Shown piece after piece: positions 34,800-47,689 of a DNA stretch of 64,000 nucleotides. The DNA is from a virus. The stretch lies in the IMG/VR virus record IMGVR_UViG_3300001765_000053, one strand, 5' to 3'. The position numbers and the translations under genes were made by a program. Positions within the stretch are counted from its first letter, which is position 1. Every line of letters starts with the position of its first letter. The notes below the pieces were generated by a model. That model worked only from the letters and a program-made list of their open reading frames with translations, ran no database searches and was not told the DNA's origin.

Positions 34800-35699
34800 T
34801 TAATTAGTAAAAAGATTTCCAACTTTTTTTTGAATTGTATCAAATCTTCTTAATGTGTATATTAACATAAATACAAACATTGTTATTATTACTAAACCCT
34901 TAATACTAAATAGTGCTGATTGAACTGCTTGTATTCCAAAGTTTTCCATAGCATAAATAAAATTATTGCTTTGGTGAAACGCAACTGTAAATGTTATGAA
35001 TAATCCCCAAGCATAAATACTTAGATTCATTATTAATCTAAATGCCATTGCTATTAAAAACATATAACCAACATATGAACTATTTAATGTATGAATTGCT
35101 GAAAAAACAAGCATTGTTCCAACCATTGCAAACCAGAAATTAAATGTTTCTGCTTTCATAAATGAAAAATCTTTACCATCATTTAATAATGTTAGTATAA
35201 ACTTACTCATTAAATAAAACATTGCAACCAAGAACCAACCAAATAACATTTCTTCAATTGTTCCAGCAACAAACACCATCATAAATAATCTAATAAATGG
35301 GTCTGCTTCAATTTCTGCAACAGAAAAACTTTGAACAATACCACCATCAATACTACTTCCAGCAAGTGGAATCATAAAACTTGTTACTGAAAATCCACTT
35401 GAAACAAGTCCAAATAAGAAATTCATTAAAAATGGTAATGACCACCCAATTAAATATAATGGAATTGCAATATCATAATCTGTTTCTAATGGTGCTTTAA
35501 ATTTACCATATGTTTTATCTTCTTGTTCTTTAACAAAAAGAAATGATAATAAAAATAATACAGAAACAACTACGAACATTGTAGTATATATAGTTCCACT
35601 TTTTACTTCGTTTAAACTTAACCACATAACACCAAGTGCAGTAAATATTAATTGCACATATATTACAAGATTATAATTTAAGTCTTTATTTGATTTCAT
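34800..35699 (-). CDS. CPBP (Abi/CAAX-protease-like) intramembrane protease
   Basis: Multi-TM; GTIEEMLF (EE motif), FSAIH (FxxxH), FHQSNN (HxxxN). Confidence 0.8.
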   Translation of the reverse strand: MKSNKDLNYNLVIYVQLIFTALGVMWLSLNEVKSGTIYTTMFVVVSVLFLLSFLFVKEQEDKTYGKFKAPLETDYDIAIPLYLIGWSLPFLMNFLFGLVSSGFSVTSFMIPLAGSSIDGGIVQSFSVAEIEADPFIRLFMMVFVAGTIEEMLFGWFLVAMFYLMSKFILTLLNDGKDFSFMKAETFNFWFAMVGTMLVFSAIHTLNSSYVGYMFLIAMAFRLIMNLSIYAWGLFITFTVAFHQSNNFIYAMENFGIQAVQSALFSIKGLVIITMFVFMLIYTLRRFDTIQKKVGNLFTN

Positions 35700-38600
35700 T
35701 TTTTATTTATTATTTAATTTCTATATAAAACATTAATTTGTTTTTTAATTAGATATTTTTCAATGAATTTTTTATCTGATATATATGTTCCATTAAAATT
35801 ATCTGTAAAACCAATTTGTTTTCCTTCAAACATAACCTTTCCTTGTCTTGGATATGTTGGAATTATAACACCAAGTTTTCTTAATTTATCTTCTTCTGAT
35901 AAAAATACAACAATTCCACCAGAACCAATTTTGAATTTATTTACTAATTTATCAATTTTTAATTTTGCAAATTCAAGTGCTTCTTTTTTATTTGTTAAAT
36001 TTGTATTTTCCCAACCATTTGAATCATTAACATTGATTGAAATTGTTAAATCTCCATTTTCTTCTTCGTGTTTATAAAAATCTATTCTTTTTCCCTTATA
36101 TATTTCAGATTTTAATATTATATTTTCTTTTATTATTGTCATTTTTAATATATTATTTTATATATTTATAGTTTTATTAGTGAAGGTGATGTTGAAATAC
36201 CTTTAATTGTCATTTTTTCAATCAATCTTAATCTCAATATCATAACATCAATTGTATCTTGTTTATTAGTTCCATAATATTTTATTCCCCAATCAAATTG
36301 AGTAATAACTTTTATAAATCTTTTTCTACCATCATCTGTTCTACCTTCAAGAACAGCACAGTTTATACCATTATATTTAAATGTTTCTAATAACTTTTTA
36401 ACTCCATCTTGTGTTCTTTCTAAATCATATTGTATATAGTTTTCCATTTTTATTTATTCCAATTTTTTGATGAAATATAAAATCCCCCAGAACCATTCAT
36501 ATTTTTTTCATCTAATATTATATTATTATTTCTTAATAAATTTCTTAATTTATTTTCTTTTATCCAATCACCATCAAATATACCAGTATCAACATAAACA
36601 TCATTCTCTGGTTTATATGGATTATATCTAATATGATTAAGATATCTATTTGTTTTTTTATCATAACAAGATGGACCACCACCATATCTTGAAAGTTCTA
36701 CAATTCTCATTTGAATGCCATTTTTATTGCACAATTTAACAACATTTGATAAGAAGTCTTTTGGATGTATTCTTTCTGATTCTATTTTTATTCTTTCTGA
36801 TTCTATTTTATCAAATTGTTGATTAATTTTCCACATTTCTTCATATTTATTATAATTCTTCATAATATCAAGCATATCTTCTTTTTCAAGAGAAGCAACA
36901 ATTCTTGCATTTGGGTCCATCATATTATATTTATTACTTCTTTGAACCTTTACAAATCTTTCAAATTTTTCTTTTGTCATTACCATTTTTAATATATTTT
37001 ATCACTATTCTCATTTATTTTTTTTATATCATATTCTATTTTATCAAATGTTTTTTTCAATTGATTTTTATAAAATGTATATGTTCCCCTATATATTCCA
37101 TAATTTTCATATAAAACAATATTCCAATTATGATATGGAGTTTCTTCTGTTAGTATATCAAGTGTAAAATTTGGATATTTTTTTTCTAATTTTTCTCTAT
37201 ATTCATATATTCTTTTTCTTTTTTCATTATTATCCATATTTTAAACTCTGTAATCTTTTTTATTATATTATTTTATATTTTTAATTATTTATATATTTAT
37301 CGTATTTTAAATCTTCAAATATCTTTTTATTATCAACTTTTTTTATATGTTTGAAATAATTTATTTGTGTTTCTCTATCCATTGCATCTTCTAATGAATA
37401 ATAATCACCAAGAATTTTATTATGTTGACCATATAGTCTCCATATATTTCTATTTGGTAATTTTCTTATTGTCATTTTATATTTCATCTACCTTTATTTT
37501 CTTTTATTACATCATCAACATAACCTTTCATTTGTTTTAACATTTCTTCTTTAGAATCTTCTACAAAAGTAATAGAACCATTATAATCACTTGTAATTGA
37601 TTTACCTTTATGATAAAGATACCCAATTGTTGTAAATCCTTCTTCAATATCATCACCACTTAATTTGTGTGTTTCTAATCTATAACCCCTATACATTTCT
37701 GATTTTAATTTTTTTATCATTTTTATTTTATTTATATCCCAAACCATTAAATCTACTATTTATTCTATTTTTTATTTTTGTGTGTTCTTCATAATCCAAA
37801 AATCCAATAGCACCCAATTCATCTATATATTCTAAATATGTTTTTCTTTGTTTCATTTTTTATTTTGATTTTTCATATATAGTTTCGCCATTGCTAAATG
37901 TTGCAACTCTATTTAATTTTGTTGAATATCTTTGATATACTTTTTCAATCAATTTTAATATTTTATCAAATTTTTGACTATTGACTAATTCTCTAATATC
38001 ACCATCATCAATTCTATAATCATTTCCTTCAACAATAATATCAATATCATAACTTGCACCTTGATAATAACCAAGATTATAATTTAAATATAATTCTACT
38101 TGTCTATTTTTATATGTAAAATCAATTACTGCAAAACTATATCTTTCAAATGATTGCAATGAGTAATTACTTCTTTTAGTTGTTTTTGATATTGAATAGT
38201 CACTATATGTTTTTAATTTAATTTGTGATTGCAAATCATAGAATATATTATCATTTGTATCAGTCAATTGTTCATCATAACTACCATCAATTGTGTAGTA
38301 TTTATCTAAGTTTACTTTGTAAAAGTTTCCAGTTCCCATTTTTTAAAAATACCTATTATATTTTGTTCCATTATGAATTATTGAATCATATTTACTATAT
38401 GTTGAACACCATTCATCAAATCTTTTCAATTGTTGTCTATCATAATTCATTTCTGGTGTATATGAACTTATATTAATATATCTATCACTAATTTCCATAA
38501 CTGTTGTTCTACCAAAATTTTCATAATTTCCATATTTTTCTGCTAAACTAACCAACCAATCTTTTGCTCTATTTATAGATGTTTCTATTTTTTTTGGTTC

Positions 38601-38913
38601 TGTTATATATTTTGGTATTCTAATTCTCTTTCCACTACCTATTGTTTCATATCCTACCATTTTTATTTAATTCTCCCCAACTCTCTAATTGTCCCATTTA
38701 CTACAATCCAATTGCCATCTCTAAATCTAATAATACTTGTTTTAGTTCCAGATTGACCAAGTTCAATTTCACTTACAGCACTTGCATCAACTTGTTTTTT
38801 AATATTAATCAATAAAGTTTGAAAAGAAGTTTCAACAATTTCTTTCTGTTTTAAGATATTAAATGCTTTTCTAATATCAAATCCATTTGCTTTTACTAAT
38901 ACATAATCGTTTC

Positions 38914-39156
38914 CCATTTTACATTATTAAATATATTACTTTATTTTTTTGATTTTGATAATCTATAAATAACTTCTTTTTTTGTTATGTTTCCTAATCT
39001 GTTCCAGTTTCCACCTTCTGGTTTTCCATATAATTGATTATTTAATTTTTTAAAACTATATGTTTTCCCATTAATAGTTTCACTTTTTAAAAAAGTCCCA
39101 AATGCTTCTTTTCCTAATTTTGTTTGATTTACCATTTTACATTATTAAATATATTA
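38914..39156 (-). repeat. Identical 25-bp leader (TAATATATTTAATAATGTAAAATGG on minus strand) at the starts of two adjacent genes
   Basis: CCATTTTACATTATTAAATATATTA at 38914-38938 and 39132-39156. Confidence 0.8.
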
Positions 39157-42100
39157 TTTTATTTACACTATAATCAGTTTGAAATGTTTTTCCATTTTCA
39201 TCAACTGTTTTATTATTTATAACTATTAATCCATTTTCAACTTTAACTATATCTCCATTTGGAAATTTATATTTTACTCCTTCTAATAAGTTAAGTTGTT
39301 GCCTACCATATTGAGATAATATTTTATGTGAAATTTTACCATTATTATCTCTTGCAAATGTTTGATTTCCCATTAGTCAAGTCTCCCCCAATTATAATCT
39401 GAATAAAGCCCAAGTTCTTTTACTTTTGGTTCAAAAACATCTCTATAATAATTACCTTCTATTGTTGTTCCATTTGCACTTTGTTGAAATAAAACTTTTT
39501 TATTTTTATCAAAAACAATTACATAACTACCAACAACTGCATTATGATTATCAGAGTATGGAACTTGATTCCACAATCTTGTTAATATAATTGATTTATC
39601 TTCTTCAACAAAATTTCCAATGTTTTGGTGATGTTGTAAATTATAATAATATCCACCAATTTTAATTACATATTTATTATTCCAACCATATTTTTGTTTC
39701 ATACCAGTTAATGAACCACTAACTTGTATTGAAGGATATTGTTGATAATTTGGAAATTCCCTTTCTGCATCTTTTACTTTCATTGTTATTGCCATTTTTT
39801 ATTTATTCTCATTCATTAATTCAATTGCTTTCTTTTTAGCATCTGCTTTTGTTTTACTATAATAATATTTATCATATATTTCAGTTCCACTTGTTTTTGT
39901 GTTATATTGTTTCCCATTTGTTTTACCAATATAAGTTTTCCACTCACCATAATGTTGAGAGAAATCTGGATAAACAAGAATACTTAAATCTTTTTTTTCA
40001 TTATAGTATTCGATATATCCTTTACCAAGAGAAATTTCCATTTCTTTTCTATTTGGTATTATTTTCCAATTATTTATTCTTGCCATTTTATTTATCTTGG
40101 TATATAATTAACACTTCCTAATTTTGGTAATGTTTCATCTTTAATTGGTAAATGTTTATTTAAATAAATTACCAATTCTTCCCATAAGTCATTTCTAAAT
40201 AATAAAATTCCTTGTTGTAATTCTCTAATTCTACCATTATATTTTATAAATCCCATCAATTTTAATTCTTTTTCAATATCTTCTTTATTATTTGTTGAAA
40301 TTAAACAAAAAGATTGTTTTGAATAATATTGACTACTACCATTTCTATAATTTAACGTATATCTACGAAAATTACCCTTTTCTAATTTTAATTCTATTGA
40401 TACCATTTTTTATTTAAATAAAATCTCTATTATTTGGACTTTCACCTTTAATATTTGCATTTTTCTTAATATATGCAACAATTTCCATTACAATATATTT
40501 TTTTCCAGTTATTCCAATATAACTTGCATAACCTTTTTCTACTTTTCTTTGGTTTGGATTTGTATATTCACCAGTAATTGGATTGTTTCCAGTAACAATT
40601 TCAACATCTTTATTTGACCAGTTAAATTGAGAATATCTATTGTCTTCTTTATATGGTGCAGTTTTTTTATATTTTAAATTATATTTATCTATAATATATT
40701 GAAATTCTTTTGCAGATTTAAACCCAGTTAAATCAAATCCCCAATTAATTGTTTTTTCATTTCCAATTGGATTCATACTATCAATATATTTTTTTGCACC
40801 CATAAATGCTAATGTTTTATTATCTCTTTGTAGTTTATGACTATCTCCATTTATGATTGGAACTGCCATCACACCATTTTCGTTTTTATAGAATCTTATT
40901 CTACAATCTTTGTAATTTTCTTCTTTTAATTCCATTTTTTATTTTTTAATTAACACGATTAATATATTTTTTTACCATTTTCTTTAATATCTTTATCAAT
41001 AAGTTTTTTGGAATATTCAAATGCTTCTTTTTTTGTTTTAAAATTTACACCTTGTAAATACCCATCAATCTCTGGTTCAATTTTTATTGAATTGTTATAT
41101 GTTATTACATCACGAAATTTAATTTCATATCCTTTATATGTTTCTTGTTTTAATCCAGTTCTTTCTTCATATCTTCTTTCCATTTTTTATTTAATTAAAC
41201 TATTTATTGGGACAAATACTCCACCAAAACCAAACTTATTTCCAGAGATATATGCCTTATCTCCTTCAAATGAATTTATGTATGGTTTCCCATCTCCTTC
41301 TTTAATAACTTTTCTTACAAGTTTTAAATATGGTGGCATATTGTCGTGTTTTTCAACAATTTTCATATTTACTTTTACTTCATCATAAATTTTAAATGAT
41401 GTTTTAATATTTGGAACTAATCTATCAATATAACTTTTTGTAATTTCAAGTGCTTGTGCTTTTGATGTATAACTTTCTCCATTGTTTTCAAACATTTCTA
41501 AATTTGGTTTCTTAATTGATACACTAATATCTTTTTCAATACCATTAAATCCATAATTCGTGAAATAAATTGTATATCCTTTATATGTTTCTTGTTTTAA
41601 GTCCATTTTTTATTTATTGTATTTTTATTAATTTAACATCTGAATTTTCATATCTATAATGTCCAGAGTTCCATTTTGAAATTTCTTTATCAGCAAGTCC
41701 TTTTTCAACAAGTATTTGATATGCTTCGCTTTCTGCACCACGAGTTCCACCACTTGAAAATGTGCTTTCCCCAATAAGTTTATATTTATAAAATACTTTA
41801 ACAATATATGTCATACTACCATACATCTTACTATAACTTTTCTTTTCAACAGTAAATCCATATTCTTTTCTTTTTTCAAATTCTGGTCTTGCCCATATTT
41901 TACTATATTTAAATACACTACCAGCATCACCAATTGTTTTTATATCACTTACTTTATAATTTGAATTTGGATTATTTCTAATATAATTCTTAGTAAATTC
42001 AATAAATTCTTTACCAAGCATAACTCTTTCTTTAAAATTTAAATCATTTGTATTTGCACTCACTCTTATTTTTACCATTTTTTATTTTATATTTGTTTTT

Positions 42101-43262
42101 ATTCTTTTTAATGGAAATTGTATTTCATCAATATTCATTGATTTATCGAATAAAACTTCAACCCAAGTTTCTTCTCCATTTTTATAATCTTTATAAAAGA
42201 TTTGTGCAATTTGTTTATTTGCCATTTCAAGAGTTACATTATTTGCTTTTAAAAAATCAAGCATTTCTTGTTTACTTTTAAAATAATCTTCATTTAAATT
42301 ATTATTTTTATATGTAATTGTATATTCTCTTACCATTTTTTATTTATTTTTCTTTAATATTTCTTAATATTTCTTCATAATTATTATAAAAACTATTACT
42401 TTTTGAAAATGATTGACTTGAAAATAATTCAGTATAACCAAAATCTAAAATAATAGAGAAAACTTTATAGTCATAGTCACCAAATTTAACTCTTTTTTTT
42501 GTTTGAACCAATAAAATTTTTCTATCGCCTAATTTCATATTGTTTATCTTTTATTATTATCATTTTTATTTTCCCATATATTTACTTAATTTATTATTTA
42601 ATTTAATAATGCTAATATCTTTCTATTTATATTATCTGTCATACCTTTCTTTTCAATTTCAAACTTAAATTTATTCAATGTTTGTAAATCTTTTTTATTC
42701 CAATCTATAAATTCATTGGTATTTCTATTTATTATTAATGGCATTCTTTCTTGATACATTAATGTTTCAAATAGTCTTATCTTTTGTGCTTTTTCAAGAG
42801 TTGAACATTTTGTTTTACCTTGAAATCCATTTGGATTATTTGCATCAAATACTAAATATGGATGTGTGTTATTGTCATTTACCATTTTATTTCATTACCT
42901 TCTAATTTTATTATAATTCCATATCTATTTTTTATTGTTTTTTTCAACCAATCAAATTCATCAATGTGAAGTATGTATAGTTTATTATTTTTTATTTGTA
43001 TTATATTATTATATTGATTTGCTAAAATATTAAATAGTTCTTCATTTGATATTTTGTTTGTATTTTTATCTATTTGATATTTTAAACTCATAATAGCACT
43101 CATTTTATTTGGCTTTTGTGGAGATTGATATATATAATCTTGTTTATTTTTTGATTTGCCCATTTTATAAGCATAAGCAATTACATATCTTACTTCATCT
43201 ATATATCCTTCCCAAGATTTTAATTCAAAATCTTTATATGTTTCTGTTATTAATTCTTTCAT

Positions 43263-45182
43263 TTATAATAAACTATTTACTATAACTAATATAATTATAT
43301 ATGATAAACCAGATAAAAGTAATATTACAATACTTTTTCTAATTAGATTATTTCTTTTTGCTTTTACATTACTTCCTTTTGCAAATTTAATATTTCTAAA
43401 TCCATATGAAATTAAACCAATTGATGTTAGTGCAATAATAATATCTGAATTTTCAACATTAGTTTTTTCTTCTAAACTTTTAACTAAAGATAAATCTAAT
43501 TCTCCATTTGCATTATATAAACTAAATGCTTGTGATGTTGTAATTGTTATATTTCCTTCATTTACTTTATTTGATAAAGAACTACTACTTCCACCACCAC
43601 CCCCACCAGTTGGTTGAGTTATATTATATAAACAACTTCCATCATCTTCTGTTGCAGTTGAGTTATAATTATTTGCAGTTGAGTTCATACAACCAAGTAT
43701 TGGATTAATTATAATAGTTGTATCAACATTTCCATAAACATAAGCATTTAAATCATATTCTGAACTTTCTTGTGTCCAAGTAAGACCATCATCTGATATA
43801 AACACACCACCATCTATATAATAATTACCAACACTATTATATCCCCAAGCCCATTGTTGAATTGATGTTGAAGAAGTTAAAACAATTGCATAAGTTTGAT
43901 TTGCTATAACATTACAATTTTCATCTGTAACATTATAATTCCAATATACATCTTGTAATTCCCAACCAGTTAATGTTAATACACCTAAATCACATTTATA
44001 TGTTGATGGAATACCATTTACATCTGTATCATATAAAACACCAGTTAAAGTTGTTCCAAAATCATAAATTGGAACTCTAACTTCTGTTATATTTCCACTA
44101 AATTCTGATTTAAATGTTTGAGCCATAAATATTGAATTTGGATATGAGTTCCAATACCAATTTGTTATTGTATCAAATTGAAAAAATATATCAGTAAATG
44201 TTGTTGCGTGTGGAATAATAGAAGTGCTTGGTCCAATTACAGCATTAAAAAATTGTGAATTAAAAGATGTTCTATCTGTATTTAACATATCAAATCTAAC
44301 ATATTGATTTGCTTTTGGAACACTTTGTCCAAGTGCATAACATCCACCAAAATAACTACCTTGTTCATTTGCTTGAAAACTATGTGTTGAAATTGAATTA
44401 TTTAATTCATCAAATACTTCAAAATTAACTGATACTTGACCAGTATGTGCTTTACTTTCAATTCTAATTGATGGACAAATATGAGTATCTGTTCCATCAA
44501 AATTATTCCAGTAAATAATTTCTGGATATGGTGCATTATTTATTCCATCATCAGTAATAATATTATCAAAAGTTGCAAAAACACCAGCACCTTGAACATT
44601 TTGTGGTGTAATATCAATTTTTAATAAATCATTTGTATTTTGTTCAAATCCTTGCCAAGTTGTTATATAAGTTCCATCAATATAAAAATCTATACTTTTA
44701 TTAACATATCCAATATTTTTAAGTGAATATGTATGAAATTGATTATCAGATGGTATTGTAGAAAGAACAACATATCCACTTCTTTGTGAGTTCCAACCAA
44801 GAATACTACCACTATCAAAAATAAGACCAAATCCATAATTACCAGTTCCACGACCCATAATACTTAAAGATGCTGGAACATTTGAAAGTTTTAAATCAAA
44901 ATTAACTTCATTTGGACTTGGTGATTGAAAATCAACTCTTGCATTTGAAATTATATAACCCATCATCATTTCATCATATGTTCCTTGTGCTGTTAATTCA
45001 TTATTTGATATTAACCAACCATTTGGTTCATAATATGTCCAAACATTTCCATTTGTTGCTGTTCCAAGAGTTCCATCTGCTCTATTAAAATTATCTTCTG
45101 TAACTTGAATAGCAAAAACACTAAATATAGAACATAATAATACAATAATTGTTAATAATATTTTTTTCATTTTTATTCCCAC
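43263..45182 (-). CDS. Secreted, C-terminally anchored surface protein (concanavalin/LamG-like region plus GCxxxxAxNY repeat)
   Basis: Signal peptide MKKILL...SVFA; EDNFNRADGTLG; GCMNSTANNYNSTATEDDGSC; GGGGG linker; two C-terminal TMs. Confidence 0.75.
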   Translation of the reverse strand: MGIKMKKILLTIIVLLCSIFSVFAIQVTEDNFNRADGTLGTATNGNVWTYYEPNGWLISNNELTAQGTYDEMMMGYIISNARVDFQSPSPNEVNFDLKLSNVPASLSIMGRGTGNYGFGLIFDSGSILGWNSQRSGYVVLSTIPSDNQFHTYSLKNIGYVNKSIDFYIDGTYITTWQGFEQNTNDLLKIDITPQNVQGAGVFATFDNIITDDGINNAPYPEIIYWNNFDGTDTHICPSIRIESKAHTGQVSVNFEVFDELNNSISTHSFQANEQGSYFGGCYALGQSVPKANQYVRFDMLNTDRTSFNSQFFNAVIGPSTSIIPHATTFTDIFFQFDTITNWYWNSYPNSIFMAQTFKSEFSGNITEVRVPIYDFGTTLTGVLYDTDVNGIPSTYKCDLGVLTLTGWELQDVYWNYNVTDENCNVIANQTYAIVLTSSTSIQQWAWGYNSVGNYYIDGGVFISDDGLTWTQESSEYDLNAYVYGNVDTTIIINPILGCMNSTANNYNSTATEDDGSCLYNITQPTGGGGGGSSSSLSNKVNEGNITITTSQAFSLYNANGELDLSLVKSLEEKTNVENSDIIIALTSIGLISYGFRNIKFAKGSNVKAKRNNLIRKSIVILLLSGLSYIIILVIVNSLL

Positions 45183-45709
45183 CTATATTTTAATATTTTT
45201 CTTGGATAATTTGGATTTAATAAATATACTTTATTATCTTCAACATATCCCCTTGTATAATCTCCATTATCAAGAACTGCAATTGGTTTTAATTTCTTTT
45301 TTTCTCCAAATTCATCAAGTTGTTTATAAGTTCCAGCCATATAAACTCTTTCTTCTGTTCCAATCAATGGAAAATATTTGCCATATTCATTTTCAGTCAT
45401 TGATTTTTTATCTTCTTTTAATTTATGATTTTTTAAAAATTCATTATAACCCTTATCTGTTGAAAATGCTGTATGTGAAGTAGCATTTGTTGTTATTAAA
45501 TATTTATAATGTGTATCCTTTCTAAATTTCATACCTTTTTCTGTAAGTTTTTGAACAAAAAGATTTGAATTTCTTTCTACATTAATAATTTCTAATTTTC
45601 CATCATAATTAGCATAATGTATTCCTTTACTTATTGATGCTCTACCACTTTTTCTAAATACATTTCCCTTTGCATTTGGATTATACATAAATTTTTTTGA
45701 TTCCATTTT

Positions 45710-47224
45710 TTATAATAAACTATTTACTAATACTAATATAATTATATATGCAAGTGCAGATAATAAAACAATAATTAATGATTTTCTAATCATATTACTA
45801 TTTTTATTTCTTGATAATTTTACTTTTCTAAATCCATAAGATATTGAACCAAGAGATGTTAATATTACAATATAATCTGCATATTTAATTCCAGTCTTTT
45901 CTTCTAAACTTTTAATTAATGATAAATCAAGATTTCCATTTGCATCAAATAAACTAAATGCTTGTAAAAAAGTAGTTTTATTTATAGTTACATTTTCAGT
46001 AATATTAATATTACTTCCACGACCACCACCAATTGTTTTTTTATCATATAAAAATGGCAATGAATTAATTGTTCTTGTTTCATTATTTATAAGGTCTGTT
46101 GTAATTATTTGTATATAATAAGTTCCTTTACTTGGTTCTGATGTTAAATTAATTTCTTTTATTGCTATTGCCCAATTATCATCAAATGTTACATTTCTTG
46201 AATATGAATTAATTAATACATTTTGACTATTGTATAAATTATATTGCAAATTGAAATCTTGTTGAAAATCAAAGTGATATACATTTAATGTATTATCTGA
46301 ACTATAAACATAATTTGAACCAACTTTATTTATTTTAAATGTAAATGGAGAATTTGTTTTATAAGTTACATTATCATAAACAATTGGTGCTAAATCTAAT
46401 GAATTTCTATATATATTTGATGTTGTATTTAATTCATTTGTTCTTAAAGTTACACTATCAGTTTGTATTAAATTCATATAATACCAATTTGTTGATGGTT
46501 CTTGTAAGAAATAATATGTATCTTTTGTTCCATAAATAGTTAAATCTGTTCCAAGTTGTTCAATTGTAAAATTATCTGTAAATATATTTCCATAAACAGT
46601 CATTAATCTAAAATTTGTTGAAAAATTATTGAATACTAACATATTTTCAAATGCAAATGTATTTCCATCATTTAATGATACTGTGAATCCATTACCATCA
46701 AAATATACTTGTGAACTTACAATTGGATTTAAATTTGAATCTGCATCATAAAAATATGGTCTATTTAATTGATTTGATATTTCAAAACTTGTAACATTTG
46801 GTATAGACACATCTGTTGGTATAGAATTATATAAAACATTGAAATTTATTGAAATATTATAAATTCCACTTTCATTAAATGTAACATCATAAAATTGAAA
46901 TTGACCATTATATGAATTATCAACAATTGTTGGATATACTTGTATTCCATTTTTATAAAATGTTATATTGAAATAATATTCTGGAAAAGCACTTGCATCA
47001 CCCCAATCACTTAAATAATCATATTCAAAATGAAAAGAACCTTTATTTATATATAAGTATGAACCACCACCAGTCATTTCCATACAACTAAATCCACCAA
47101 TCAATGGACAAACATCATTTACCATTTGAGTTGTTAATGTTATGTCTTTTTGAAATTGGTCTGCTGAAAAAACAGACATAACACTCATTAAAACTATTCC
47201 TATTATCATTAATATTTTTTTCAT
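45710..47224 (-). CDS. Secreted, C-terminally anchored surface protein; shares its anchor with 43263..45182
   Basis: Signal peptide MKKILM...SVFSA; GGGRG linker; QAFSLFDANGNLDLSLIKSLEEKT plus two TMs. Confidence 0.75.
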   Translation of the reverse strand: MKKILMIIGIVLMSVMSVFSADQFQKDITLTTQMVNDVCPLIGGFSCMEMTGGGSYLYINKGSFHFEYDYLSDWGDASAFPEYYFNITFYKNGIQVYPTIVDNSYNGQFQFYDVTFNESGIYNISINFNVLYNSIPTDVSIPNVTSFEISNQLNRPYFYDADSNLNPIVSSQVYFDGNGFTVSLNDGNTFAFENMLVFNNFSTNFRLMTVYGNIFTDNFTIEQLGTDLTIYGTKDTYYFLQEPSTNWYYMNLIQTDSVTLRTNELNTTSNIYRNSLDLAPIVYDNVTYKTNSPFTFKINKVGSNYVYSSDNTLNVYHFDFQQDFNLQYNLYNSQNVLINSYSRNVTFDDNWAIAIKEINLTSEPSKGTYYIQIITTDLINNETRTINSLPFLYDKKTIGGGRGSNINITENVTINKTTFLQAFSLFDANGNLDLSLIKSLEEKTGIKYADYIVILTSLGSISYGFRKVKLSRNKNSNMIRKSLIIVLLSALAYIIILVLVNSLL

Positions 47225-47227
47225 TTG

Positions 47228-47623
47228 TTAATATTCTGGATAAACATAAAAAGAATTTTCAAATTGATATCCGATTCGCTGTTGACCCCAATCTTTTTGT
47301 TTTTGTTTTATATATTTCTCTATTTTATATATATTAGTTTTATATTGTGTTTGTGTCATTGAACTTTCAACTAAAACACCTTCTTCATCAATCAATTTAT
47401 TATCATCTGATATATAACTACCAGTTTCTTTTACAGAAGTTGACCCCATAAATGTTTGAGATAAGAATTTTTTTGTGCCTTTTATTCTATTATTAAATTC
47501 AGTTTTAGAAATTTTTTTATCATATATTGTAGATGGAACTATTATCCCAAATTGATACTTTAATTCTGTTGATTCATTTTGCAAAGGTGCTTTCATTTTG
47601 AATTTAATTTTAGAGTTTGACAA
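47228..47623 (-). CDS. DUF3574-like protein
   Basis: FLSQTFMGST...GSY...IDEEGVLV...IKQKQKDWGQQRIG resembles the DUF3574 pattern. Confidence 0.5.
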   Translation of the reverse strand: MSNSKIKFKMKAPLQNESTELKYQFGIIVPSTIYDKKISKTEFNNRIKGTKKFLSQTFMGSTSVKETGSYISDDNKLIDEEGVLVESSMTQTQYKTNIYKIEKYIKQKQKDWGQQRIGYQFENSFYVYPEY

Positions 47624-47689
47624 GTAATTATCTTGTTAATATTTTAATATGTAACAAACTCATTATAATTTTAAATAGAAGTTTATGGA

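Larger units (their letters stand above)
26933..43262 (-). other. Array of ~50 small co-oriented accessory ORFs
   Basis: Continuous minus-strand ORFs of roughly 64-300 aa, mostly joined by TAA-A(3-7)-ATG junctions. Confidence 0.85.
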
